Origin: Octopus bimaculoides
Lineage: Eukaryota
DNA: 43,278 nt
Direction: 5' to 3'
NCBI RefSeq assembly: GCF_001194135.2
Contig: NC_069001.1
Coordinates: forward strand, 24,821,982-24,865,259
Shown: positions 1-11,657 of the stretch, one piece after another
Numbering within the stretch: the stretch's first letter is position 1
Layout: every line of letters starts with the position of its first letter
Made by a program: the position numbers and the translations under genes
Notes under the pieces: model-generated
Told to the model about the DNA's origin: nothing
What the model saw: only the letters and a program-made list of their open reading frames with translations
The model's database searches: none

Positions 1-90
1 TATATATATATATATACGTATACATATACATATATATACATACATACATATAGATACATATATACATACATACATACATATAAAAACATA

Positions 91-191
91 GGCGCAGGAG
101 TGGTTGTGTGGAAAGAAATTTGCTTCCCAACCACATGGTTCGGGTTCATTCCCATTGCGTGGCACTATGGGTAAGCGTTTTCTTCTATAGC
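91..191 (+). mobile_element. SINE family A, tRNA-like 5' half
   Basis: GGCGCAGGAGTGGTTGTGTGG (A-box-like) and GGGTTCATTCCC (B-box-like); colinear with the 5' end of the full copy at 40181-40572. Confidence 0.85.
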
Positions 192-197
192 ATAAAT

Positions 198-316
198 CTT
201 TGGCCGACCCGCGGCTATAGTCGAAGACACTTGTCCAAGGTGTCACGCAGTAAGGACTGAACTCGGAACCATGTGCTTCAGGAGAAAGCTTCTTACTACA
301 TAACCACACCTGCGAC
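198..316 (-). mobile_element. SINE family A, tRNA-like 5' half (inverted)
   Basis: Reverse complement reads ...GCAGGTGTGGTTATGTAGTAAGAAGC...GTTCCGAGTTCAGTCC...CTATAGCCGCGGGTCGGCCAAAG, matching the 40181 copy. Confidence 0.85.
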
Positions 317-400
317 TATCTATCTATCTATCTATCTATCTATACATACATATACATATATGCACACACACACACCCACACACACACACACGCACACAAA
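317..400. repeat. Compound (TATC)n/(TACA)n/(CA)n microsatellite
   Basis: Directly visible; 1-80 is a similar (TA)/(TACA) array. Confidence 0.9.
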
Positions 401-780
401 CATATATATGAATTGATTGACTGAAATTGGCATATTACAGAGCGTCGACTACCAGTTAGCCAGATGAATAATTCTTGCAATAGTTTGTCTGTGTGACCGT
501 GTGCGAATTAGCTTTGAGTTGTTCATGCGTGTGTGCGATTAGCTTACCGTTGCGTCATATATTCCGTGTGCACGAGGGCATCATTGTATGCACGTATATG
601 TAATGCTGTATATGTATACGTGTATATACCCGTGAGTGTATATATGCAAGTGTGCATACATATGCATACATGTGTTAATATATATATGTGTGTTTGTGTG
701 TATGCCTGTGTGTGTGTTTGTTCATCAATCCGTGCTTAAGTATTTAGAAATAGATTAATATATATACGCAGTTATATATG

Positions 781-790
781 NNNNNNNNNN
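781..790. other. 10-N scaffold gap with duplicated flanks
   Basis: 665-780 is repeated at 791-930 with one substitution and an extra 24-bp unit. Confidence 0.9.
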
Positions 791-940
791 CATACATGTG
801 TTAATATATATATGTGTGTTTGTGTGTATGCCTGTGTGTGTGTTTGTGTGTATGCCTGTGTGTGTGTTTGTTCGTCAATCCGTGCTTAAGTATTTAGAAA
901 TAGATTAATATATATACGCAGTTATATATGGTATATATAT

Positions 941-1125
941 TATTTATTCTTTATTCTTTTACTTGTTTCAGCCATTGGATTACGACCAAACTGGAGCACC
1001 ACATTTAGTCGAACAAATCTACCTCAGGACTTATCCCTGTAATCCTAGTACTTCTATCGGTGTCTTATCGGTACATAAACACACCATCATGGTGGGGAGC
1101 CAAACAGACAGACACACACACAAAT
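941..1125 (-). mobile_element. SINE family A, 3' half
   Basis: Reverse complement of the GGGGTCGATTTG...CTCCAGCATGGCCG...GAAACAAGTAAAAGAATAAA tail module seen at 1260-1464 and 40380-40572. Confidence 0.8.
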
Positions 1126-1149
1126 ATATACATACAAACGCACATACAC

Positions 1150-1206
<57 letters not shown>

Positions 1207-1233
1207 TATATACAAACATACAGACATACATAT

Positions 1234-1464
1234 GTGTGTGTGTGTGTGTGTGTGTGTGTTTATCTTTGTTTCTCCCTCAACTGTCGCTTGACAACCGATG
1301 TTGGTTTGTTTACGTCCACGTAACTTAGCGGTTCGGAAAAATAACGAGAGAATAAGTACTAGGCCTACAAAGAATACGTCCTGGGGTCGATTTGCTCAAC
1401 GAAAAGCGATGCCCCAGCATGGCCGCAGTCAAATGATTGGAACAAGTACAAGACTAAAGAATAA
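1234..1464 (+). mobile_element. SINE family A, 5'-truncated copy ((GT)n plus 3' half)
   Basis: TCGCTTGACAACCGATGTTGG...CTTAGCGGTTCGG...CTGGGGTCGATTTGCTC...CAGCATGGCCGCAGTCAAATG, colinear with 40380-40572. Confidence 0.85.
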
Positions 1465-1476
1465 CAGTATATATAT

Positions 1477-1643
1477 TCGACAGGCTCTTTTTCAGTTACC
1501 GCCTACCTAATGACTTCACAAATCTTTGGTCGGTTATAGTAGGTTATAGTAGGAGACAAATGCCCAAGGTGCGATGTAGTGGGACTGAGCCCGAAACCGT
1601 GTGGCTAGAAAGGAATCTTCTTACCATACTGCCACGACCGCAC
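1477..1643 (-). mobile_element. SINE family A, 5' half
   Basis: Reverse complement matches the tRNA-like head and the following CTATAG...CCGACCAAAG...AACTGAAA segment of the 40181 copy. Confidence 0.8.
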
Positions 1644-1760
1644 GTCGTTAAAAGCACGAGAGGGGTTGTAATAAACAATCGACAACTGAGGAGTAGTTCT
1701 TTGCTATTTTGTCCCGTACTTGTCTCTCGTTGTGTTTACGTATTCTTCGCTTGTTGGTGG

Positions 1761-2291
1761 NNNNNNNNNNNNNNNNNNNNNNNNNNNNNNNNNNNNNNNN
1801 NNNNNNNNNNNNNNNNNNNNNNNNNNNNNNNNNNNNNNNNNNNNNNNNNNNNNNNNNNNNNNNNNNNNNNNNNNNNNNNNNNNNNNNNNNNNNNNNNNNN
1901 NNNNNNNNNNNNNNNNNNNNNNNNNNNNNNNNNNNNNNNNNNNNNNNNNNNNNNNNNNNNNNNNNNNNNNNNNNNNNNNNNNNNNNNNNNNNNNNNNNNN
2001 NNNNNNNNNNNNNNNNNNNNNNNNNNNNNNNNNNNNNNNNNNNNNNNNNNNNNNNNNNNNNNNNNNNNNNNNNNNNNNNNNNNNNNNNNNNNNNNNNNNN
2101 NNNNNNNNNNNNNNNNNNNNNNNNNNNNNNNNNNNNNNNNNNNNNNNNNNNNNNNNNNNNNNNNNNNNNNNNNNNNNNNNNNNNNNNNNNNNNNNNNNNN
2201 NNNNNNNNNNNNNNNNNNNNNNNNNNNNNNNNNNNNNNNNNNNNNNNNNNNNNNNNNNNNNNNNNNNNNNNNNNNNNNNNNNNNNNNNNNN
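1761..2291. other. Assembly gap (531 N)
   Basis: N run. Other gaps: 12028-12181, 16490-16609, 25502-26202, 26659-27416, 28933-29080, 31794-31975, 34979-35518. Most abut microsatellites. Confidence 1.
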
Positions 2292-3755
2292 TATGCCCAT
2301 ATATATATGTTTATATATATATATGTGTGTGTGTTTAATTATATATACACACAGACACACACATATCTGTGTGTATATATATGTACAAGCACATAAATAT
2401 CGGTATCTATATGTATATATGAGAGTGCGCGCGCGGTAGACTGGTGCATTAGTTCGTATCGTTATAATTCTAACAAAAATGTCCAAACCTACATATATAT
2501 ATAGTTTTACATCAAAAACCTATGAGGTACATACGTATTAATTGGGGGTTAGACGACGAGGGAAGTTTAGCTAATCGTCATTTATTTAGTTCCTGACTGC
2601 TTCCACAGTATACAAGAGACATTGCAACACCAGTGCCACCGTATAAATGAAGAAATGACTTAGAAATTTGTCTCTTGGTTTGCTTGTCACACTGCAAACA
2701 ACTAGTGACCGCCGAAAGGACTAGAAGTGATATATATATATATATTCAGGAAGAGTCTGACTAAAACCATTGATCCCCGAAAATTTCAGGGCTACTCTAA
2801 TGATGCACTTAGTCTAGGCATGCAATGAAAACTAATGAGACTGACGGTACAAGCTTGAAATCTCAGCTTTACAACTTACAAGAGGGTGATGTCACAATAT
2901 ATAGAACGATGCAACATAATAAGTAAACCCGAGTGTATTCTAAGCTGAAAAGCTAGAAGCACAGAAAATATAAGAATACAGAAAATATCAGAATCTGTAA
3001 CAAAAATAGCCGGACACAGAATATATAACTCCCTTATTTCACTTTGTCTTACTGTTGGTAGCAACTCAGGGAATGGCCAAATAAATTAACTCACGCTCAG
3101 GGACACTAGAATGGCAGTGAATTTGCTGAAATTTTCCCTATTGAGAATAATCGACTTGTGAGCAAGGGGAAGGGAAATACTGGAGTGGAATGTTGGTCTA
3201 TCACCGGAAGGAAAAGGGGAAAATGAAACAAGAAAAATATATGGCCAAAAGGAAGCGTGCGATGCATAAATAGGAGCCTGTCAGCATGAGATCAGCTAGC
3301 TTATTTATGATTCAGAATGCGATGCTTCATCTGTTTGATTTCATGTTAAATCTGGAAGATAACGAATATGTTAGTTCAGGACAAGATAAGAAACAAGCAT
3401 CAGACACTTCTTAATTACAGTTTTTGTCAAACGCCATTTTGACTGCGTATGACACATTTAAGTGATTTACTACATAGAGAATGTAAATAGATTGTGACCA
3501 AAAATTATAAAAAATAAGTCAGGAGGAATTAGTTTTTTATGGTACTATTACAAAAAGAGTTAGATGTTAGGAAACATGGGTTACTCTGATATACCCCATG
3601 TTTCCCAACATGGTGACTACTTTTCTAGTGTGTGGATGGGATGCACATTTTAATTTGTTTTTACTTGCCTTGTTTACGCACACATATACACATATTGAGT
3701 TACTTAGTGTAATGTAGAAACTGTAATTAATATGTTTCAATACATTATATTTTGA

Positions 3756-3940
3756 AAGGCTGTGAGCTGACAGAATGCTTGGCAGCATTTCTTCTGAGTT
3801 CAGAACCCGACAGGGTCGACTTTGCTTTTTATCCTTTCAGAGTCGATAAAAGAAGTACCAGTCGAACACTGAGCTCAATGTAACCAACTTACCCAACTGC
3901 TCCTAAATTGCTGGCCTTGAGCCAAAGTTTGAAACCAATT
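3756..3940 (+). mobile_element. SINE family B
   Basis: AAGGCTGTGAGCTGACAGAA head, GAGTTCAG B-box-like motif, GGTCGACTTTGCTTTTTATCCTTTCAGAGTCGATAAA core, GGCCTTGAGCCAAAGTTTGAAACC end. Confidence 0.8.
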
Positions 3941-3953
3941 TAGTGTAGAGTGA

Positions 3954-4165
3954 AAGGTGGCAGATTCGCAGAATCGTTACGGTGCCGGGAACGTCATTTT
4001 TTTTTCAATCGTCTTTAGGTTCCAAGTTCAAATGTCACCGGTGACCACTTTGCCTTTCATCCTTTTGGGGTCGATAAATCAAGCACGGATTAAGCACTGG
4101 GGGTCGATGAAATCGATTTTCTCCTCATTCGAAATGTTGGCCTTGTGTCAAAATTTGAAACCATT
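3954..4165 (+). mobile_element. SINE family B (tandem second copy)
   Basis: Same head, AAGTTCAAAT B-box, CTTTGCCTTTCATCCTTTTGGGGTCGATAAA core and GGCCTTGTGTCAAAATTTGAAACC end. Confidence 0.85.
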
Positions 4166-6190
4166 GTCGCGTTCCTCAACTTCAAATCTTGTTTATATAT
4201 GAAGTTGTTTGCATATTCCGACTTAATTTTCTATCATCTTTTGTAACGTGTTTTGGTATATATAAATGGGCTGAGGTGAAAAGAAATATGAACATTATTA
4301 TTTGACTCCTCTCAAATTTCTGGCTGCCTGCCTAGTATAAAGGCATTATCATTATTGGTTTGTATTATATGCGCTTAGATTCGGCGCTCAAAAGTTGCGT
4401 TGTATTTGTTGAAAATACTTTGTTTTGTTGAAACTATTTTGTTCAATCCTCTAGGTATAGACCCCCCGCACTCTTCACTGCGTGAAAAGAGGCTGAGCTA
4501 ATTTATCTACCAGATATCTTGTTTTCATAAAAATATATTTATCATCTTGTTTCTTCCGTTGTTAAAATTATGACGCCCGCTGTTAAACTTTATAAAGGGT
4601 GGGTTGGTGTTTGGGGATGATTTTCTTACCTCGCACACACGTAGCGGTGAGGACATGTATTTTTCACATCTATTTTTCACATAATCCCCACTATCACCAC
4701 CATCATGTCTACCAAAACGTTTAGTAGCATAGCAACTGTAGTGGTGATGAAAATGGTTTACACAGTCTTATGAAGAGCAGTATATCTCGGAGTAGAGACT
4801 GTGAGAGGTGCAAGAGTAACATCAACAATAACAACAAAAATTAGAACAACACTACAACACAGTAACGCTAACTACAACGGCAGTAGTGTATCGAATGGCA
4901 AAAGCTTCATCACTTGCAGCATATAAAGTGCAATAGCTGCAACTGAAACAATAACAAAATTAGCAACGGCTACATAACAATAACAACTCCAATAAGGCTA
5001 GCAATAATAGAAGTGGGGACAGTATCGAGGGAAACAGTAGTATTGCAAGTCTAAAATATATTAGCTCTAACAACAACAACTACAACAATAATAACTGTAG
5101 CGGCATCTCTGGCAAGATGAGCGTTGGTAAGCTGGAGAATGTTGCTCGATTTAGAAATATCCGGAGTAAAATAATTATGGTGCTCCAGACAGAAATGCTA
5201 GAGGGACCGACAAGAAAACAATCTTTTATCAATGCATGTCAATAAAATCCACGTCTGGAAAAGGCCACACACAAAGGTCTCTCAGAAATATATGGCAGGG
5301 GTATCAGTACGTACCCAGTTCTAAGCAGTTTCGTCCGGGGTGTCGAGGTCCTATTTAAGATTAAAGCACACGTACTGCGATATACCTAGCCTCCTGACGG
5401 AGTAAATAGGTAGATTGCTCTCTTCACATTTTTAGGAAAATCTACATTGAATTTGAGAATGCTGAGAGCCTATGAGAGTTGGATCTCTGGTGGATTCTAG
5501 CTCGTGTTGTATCGAATTGGAGCGATATTATGCTGTGCGTCGAAAGGGGAAAATTGGCCTGCGGCTACACTGGTGAGTCAAAACTCCTAGAAAGTATGCC
5601 AGACCTCATTTCCCGGCCATTCGTTGTGGTGGGCAGAAAGCTAGCTTTGCGTCTCTGAATATAGTCATGGTTCTGTTGTTTCTCTTTTGGTTATGACAAT
5701 AAAATATAGTTACAAAATGGTGTAAATAAATTTCTTGTGTCGAGCAAACATTCCATGTTCCTCCAAGCTTTGGTGGTGGTGGGGATCCAGAGTAAATTAT
5801 TGTGTGGCCTTTAATAGTTTATACCTAATTAGAACAGTGAATTAATGAAACTAAACACAACACCTTGCCCTATTTTTCTTTGCAGTCTTTTATGCTCCAG
5901 TCTAAAATCTTTAAAAGTTCGCTATAATTAAATATTCACTAATCATATACCTATTTTTAAAATCAGTAGCTCTGAAGGCTAGTGGATTAGTAATATGGAA
6001 TAAACGCCTTACCTATATAGTTCCATCATTTCATATTTCGTTTAAAAATCGCGCCGAGGCCAATTTGCCTTTGATCCGAAGTCGTTAAAGCAATGTATCA
6101 CTCACGAAGTGAACAATATTATCGATCATACATATTCCTCAAATAGACAACATTTTTCCTACGTCATTTATCAATTTTATATGTGTATTT

Positions 6191-6247
6191 AAGGCGGTAC
6201 TCCAGCATGGCCACAATCAAATGACTGAAACAAGTAAAAGAATAAAA
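6191..6247 (+). mobile_element. SINE family A, extreme 3' tail only
   Basis: AAGGCGGTACTCCAGCATGGCCACAATCAAATGACTGAAACAAGTAAAAGAATAAAA matches the family tail. Confidence 0.8.
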
Positions 6248-7222
6248 GGGTATTAGATGGTCAAAATCAATAATATGAGCGTCGAACAAAATGACTTACG
6301 GTATTTAGTTACTGTACGCTTTGAATTCAAATCCTGAATGGTCAGGCGTTGTAGATTTAATCCCTACAACTTTGCGATTAATTTAAAAATCAACATTGTG
6401 TTTACATTTGCTTTTAATATGAGATTAATATGTATGCTTCTAAATTTCAGAAAACTCAAGAAGATATTTAATTTCTAGAAATTCTTACATATATGAATTT
6501 ATTTATTCATCAACGGATTTGGATTTATTTATTGTGGGCGAGTGTAAGAAGGCAGTGATATGTCGCAAGCAAATATCATTTTTGTTCTTGTTTCACTTTG
6601 AGAAGGCTATAAATAAATAATAAATATAACTTGCTAAACTTCACCAACTGCTCAAGCAGTCTGATTTCTGGTTCATAATAGGAGTCATTAAGTCTGCTGG
6701 AGTAGACCTTCATTCCCGGCTATTGTATCACGAGGATTTGTTTTTATTGCCAAGGGTCATTAAGAAACACATTAATGTTATCAATGTAATCGTTGCTAAG
6801 TGGAATTACAAAAATGATGTGTTAGTAATTCATTTTATCTTGTCTTTTTTACTGCAGTTTTTTGTGCAGTTAGTCGAAGAGATAAGGTTAAGAGGTCACT
6901 ATTTTTATTATAGTTATTCTTACATTTAGTGAATAAAAGTGCATATTTAAATTTTCGTTATTGCTAATTACTTTTTATTGAGTTTCTGCATTGCTTACTA
7001 AAGGGTGTCGAAATTTGTTTTGTTTATATACTGCGTTTTCAACTTCAGTTTCTATATTCGAGTTAAAATTATTTATATGTATATTTAATAGGGACTCCCG
7101 TTTTAAAGTGAGTTTTTAAGAAAATAGTTTAACGGAGTTTTCATTGGTAACTAGAAACATAAGATTATGATGTTGTATTTTGTAAAAACAGTTTCGTTGT
7201 TACGCATATTTGTTGGGATTGC

Positions 7223-7240
7223 TCTCTCTCTCTCTCTCTC

Positions 7241-7318
<78 letters not shown>
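7223..7318. repeat. Compound (CT)n-(TA)n-(GT)n microsatellite
   Basis: Directly visible. Confidence 0.95.
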
Positions 7319-7321
<3 letters not shown>

Positions 7322-8475
7322 ATTTCTGATTCTAAATCCGTTATGTGTTTCTTTTTGGCAAATAAAACTGGATATACGATGAAATATAATAAAGCGTTTG
7401 GTTGTTAATTTGAGTTTCTAATAACTGCAAATTCCTGTTATATTAATATAACTGTCTTCCTCCTACTTGCAGCAGTTAATATATTGAATATTCTCATTTG
7501 TCAATTGCTGTACATGTAATGTCTATGAAATGATACGTCCATTTATTTATGCATATTTACTTAAGCAAACAACTTCGCATTCTGTTAGCCAACGTGATAT
7601 TACTCTGATTGTATGCTCTAATGATGTATTTCGTTCATATAAGAATTGTTTATATGTTTTCCAACCAAAGGAAGAGATACGATTAACTGAGCTATCACTC
7701 TGTTAGAAGCGATCTCTATATGAGGTGTTATTACAAAAGATTAACGCTATATTTATTGGAAATGCGTGGGTGTACATACAATTGGGCCTTCAATGGGTGT
7801 CTTGAAGGTAAATACTTTTATAGCTTAAGTAGAATGTTTTAAGTGAACAGTTGACTTGTTTAAAGAGTAACTATTGGCTTTTACTTGAATTGGTAGGATA
7901 TCTAATTTGAATTCTGTGGTAAATACCTAACTCCTCTAAAGGCGAGATACGTACCAGAGGCTGGCAGTTTAAATCAACCAATAATCGAAATTTACGGCTT
8001 TCATAATGTGTACAACATTATTTTGATGCAGCCACAGAAAAGAGTTGGTACGGACACGCAACACAAAGTACACCAGAGATTGACAAGATGACATTACTCA
8101 CGGACATGCTAATTCACATACACACACACACACATGCACATAGACAAACAGAGATAGGGAGAGAGAGAAGAAGGGAGAGAGAGGGAGAGGAAGGAGTGAG
8201 AGGGAGAGGAGAGAGAGACAGAGTGAGTGGCAAATAGTTTGCATTTCATTGTCAAAGACCACAAAGAAAATGTGCTGTTCCCTAATCCATGTATGAAAAT
8301 CTCTAAACGAAATGGAGAAATTACTCACATGGAAATATCTGTAAATAAAGACAACTAGAATATAGTGATTGAATATAGAAACAATCCCTGCAATAATGAT
8401 TTGGGAACGTTGAAAACAGATTAAAAAAGACAAAAAAGAAAGACAGAGACAAATACATAAATAAAAACCATGACT

Positions 8476-8650
8476 TAGATATATACAAAACAGCACTAGT
8501 AGGTAGAGCACACATTCTACTTTGTATAATTTCAATACAATTCAGAAATACAATGCAACACACTGTATGTGCCCACGGCATACAGCTGCGCTCTGCTATA
8601 CAATGAATGCACTCAATAAATGTAGGAATATAATAATAACTATAATAATG

Positions 8651-8729
<79 letters not shown>

Positions 8730-8744
8730 TAATAATAATAATAA
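8476..8744 (+). mobile_element. R4/Dong-clade LINE 3' terminus with (AAT)n tail
   Basis: Translates as LDIYKTALVGRAHIL, matching KQIALLGTAHILRKTLSIQ at 21575. The 3' UTR CCCACGGCATACAGCTGCGCTC matches CCCAAGGCACACAGAGCTGCGCTC at about 21672. (AAT)n runs 8629-8744. Confidence 0.7.
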
Positions 8745-10038
8745 CGATAGTGACTGCTATTCGTTTGCTTTCTTCCTATGCTATAGAGTGTAGCAATACA
8801 TTCTCTGGTTGGAAGTTACTATATACTAAAACTGAACAAAGAATCTCACTTACCACGTTTCTGCTTAATTGAGGATTGGTTACAACAGTATTTCACATAT
8901 CATATTTGCTGTATTCAGTTGAGAAGGAACGTATGCTGTACAGTTTTATGGGTTCCTGGCTCTCTTTCAATCTGATTCTTTTGTAGAAGTTCATAATTTG
9001 TAAGAGATTCTATTATAACACGGATTATTAGATTTCCATTCTTCATTCTTGCATATTCTCTGTATCTCCAGTTGCAAGCCATTGTACCTGCATTACATTT
9101 TCTCTCCTATTGTGTGCAATATTCATATATATATATATATATGTTAGTACAGCAACATCTAGTAGGTCGCAGATTGGTTTTTGCCTAGTCTTAAATATAT
9201 TGTCGGCTCTGTTATTAGAAATCTCTCGCAAGAATTTCTCCTGCTAAGCGTTAGTCACCGAATCTTGGACGTAATTATTCCATTTATTATTGATATGTAG
9301 ACATATTTCTTGCCATATTGCTTAGTAAAGAGATTCATTAATCAAAAGAATTAGTACGTTTTTATCATAAGTATTGCATATTTTTTTCTAAAATTCCTTT
9401 TGTAGTCAATAGTAAGCTCTTGTAATTCACATTTTCTGAAACGTTCAATACATATTTTTATATCATTGATAAAATATAAGGAAAGACTGCTGACTATAAT
9501 ACAATATTTATTCTCTTTTTAGCCGGCTTTGCTATTTGGTGTAATTACATGAATTTCCCTGGCTAGACGTACGACATAATTACATGAATCTTTCTTGCTA
9601 AACGAATAGGAACTAGTAGTTAATGTTTTGCAGCGCATTTAGTTACTCTTGAAGTAGATCAAACTTCTGCACAATTTTCAAGAAAACAATTGTAATTGTC
9701 AGTTTTGGGCCAATAATCTTAGCTATACTGTTGTCATTAAGTCCATCACAAAGAACATTTTTGTATGGGTGACCAATCTGGTCATCAGTGTTATGATGTG
9801 ACAACTAAATGACTGGACAACTGGGCGTCAATAATCGTAGGTAAATAAAGCAAAGATAACTGAGTCACTGGGTCCAAGTTGACAACAGCTATAGTCGTAT
9901 TGATTCGGGTTATTCGTAATCAAATACGTTACAGCTACCAGTATATCGTTGTTTGTCACTGACATACTGTTTAATGGATTTCAATATTCAATGCCAATGA
10001 GCCTACAAGAAGGCTATGAAGAATGTGTGTGTTATGTA

Positions 10039-10415
10039 TATAAGTGGTATCAAAACTTTCCATGCCTAGTTATGTCTGATATTTACCTAAGGTATTTTAC
10101 ATCATCTCCTTCCAAATAGTCGCCTTGCACAGCAATACAACGGTCCCAGCGTTCCTGCCACTGTTGGAATCCAACCTGAAAATCGTTTTCTGTGATTCGC
10201 TCGAGATCTCGACAACGGAGTTAAAACGGCAACCTTTGAGCTGCATTTTCATCTTGGGGACGACAAGGAAGTCCGCTTGTGTTAAATCTAGTAAATAGGG
10301 CAGATGGGGAAGCGATACCATGTTGTTTTTGGCGGGAAACTCACGAGTGAGGAGAACTCGGTGACAGGGCGCATTGCCGCCGCGAAGAATCCAAATCTCC
10401 GCGCACCACAGATCC
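10039..10415 (-). mobile_element. Mariner (Tc1/mariner) transposase C-terminal remnant with probable right TIR
   Basis: Reads WILRGGNAPCHRVLLTREFPAKNNMVSLPHLPYLLDLTQADFLVVPKMKMQLKGCRF, a decayed HHDNAPxH...PHPPYSPDLAPxDF. After a frameshift it reads FQQWQERWDRCIAVQGDYLEGD. TIR-like TAAGTGGTATCAAAACTTTCC at 10041. Confidence 0.9.
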
Positions 10416-11657
10416 GTATATATGTGTGTACATATATATATATGTATATTTATGTAAGTGTGTTTGTTTGCTTTTGTGTGTATGTGCGTACGTATTCATG
10501 CATTTATATTCATATGCCAGTTCACTTGAAAGCACTACTGGCAGCTTGTAACCCAATGCCACTCGTTCATTGATCGAGTCATGGACATCTGAGAACACTT
10601 AAAAGCTTGTTGTACAAGCAAGGTGATTTTGAGTGCTTACAGGATGAAAAACAGGCATCTGTAAAAATTCATATGAAATCCAAAGAAGACTCAACGGTGC
10701 TCAAATATGTGCGCATGTACAACATTAAATATGTGTGTGAGTGTGTGTTTGTTTAGTGGCATATGTTCATTTTGTTCCACTGAAACAATGCATAAATTTC
10801 ATCTCTAATTTTTCAGATATTAATAGAAGGCCAATCGGTGGAAAATGCATGGGGCTGCTGCACATGGATCAACGTATCATTATGCTGAACTGGAAGCCAT
10901 AATGTAGGGCAGACACCATAAGTGATGTGTTAAATCCTGTTAGATGGTACATGAATTGAGATAGTACTGTGAGGTGCGGCAAACCCTGTAATATTTGAGT
11001 ATTCATTATTTTCTCCTAAATGCTCAATTGTGTTGTCTAGGCATAACATTTGCAAAGAAGAGAATGAGGTTGATGCGTGCAGCTGTAACTCACTTTAATG
11101 GTGATCCTCGGAAAGGTTTCTAGAATAATGTTACTCAACTGTTGTGTAGTCCGGGCTACTACTTCTCCGCATCGAGAGTTCACAGCTGCGTCACTAGGGA
11201 TACGTAATTAGATTTTTACAGAATGAAGGGGCTTTTTTAGCTTACCTCTCCGAAAAAAATAGCTCCCTTTGCTGTTGTAGTCATTATATATATATAAGGT
11301 TTTGTTGTATCTTGGGTGCGTTCATTACGTCAATAACAGCACACACACGGGTTCAATTCCGCTTCTTTATTGTTAGGCAAGTCGTTAAATATCAAGCAAA
11401 CTAACTAATCGATCGTTTGCTTTGTGTGCTGGTTAAACAATCAATCGATTGTTTGGTAGTCAAAGTTCTTTCATCGCCAATGATAACCTTTTCAGTGACT
11501 ACGTGGTTTCTCTCAGTCTAAGGTCCGCAAGGTCTACCAATTAAATAAACAACAAGGAAGTAGAATTGAACCTCTGCATTTGTTATTACTTTTGGCGAAA
11601 TGGTTCCCCCAAGACACAGCAATATAATATACATACATCGTACATACATACATATAT

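Noticed and set aside
91-170. tRNA gene
   Set aside because: A/B-box-like motifs continue into SINE body sequence and recur in many diverged copies; no complete cloverleaf is evident.
5436-5572. Plus-strand segment with good acceptor and GTGAGT donor
   Set aside because: Stop codons in all three frames. It could be a non-coding exon or ancient LINE debris, but nothing supports either.
11124-11203. CSPGYY...C peptide reminiscent of EGF/furin-like repeats
   Set aside because: Weak acceptor, single short motif, and no neighbouring in-frame Cys-rich repeats.
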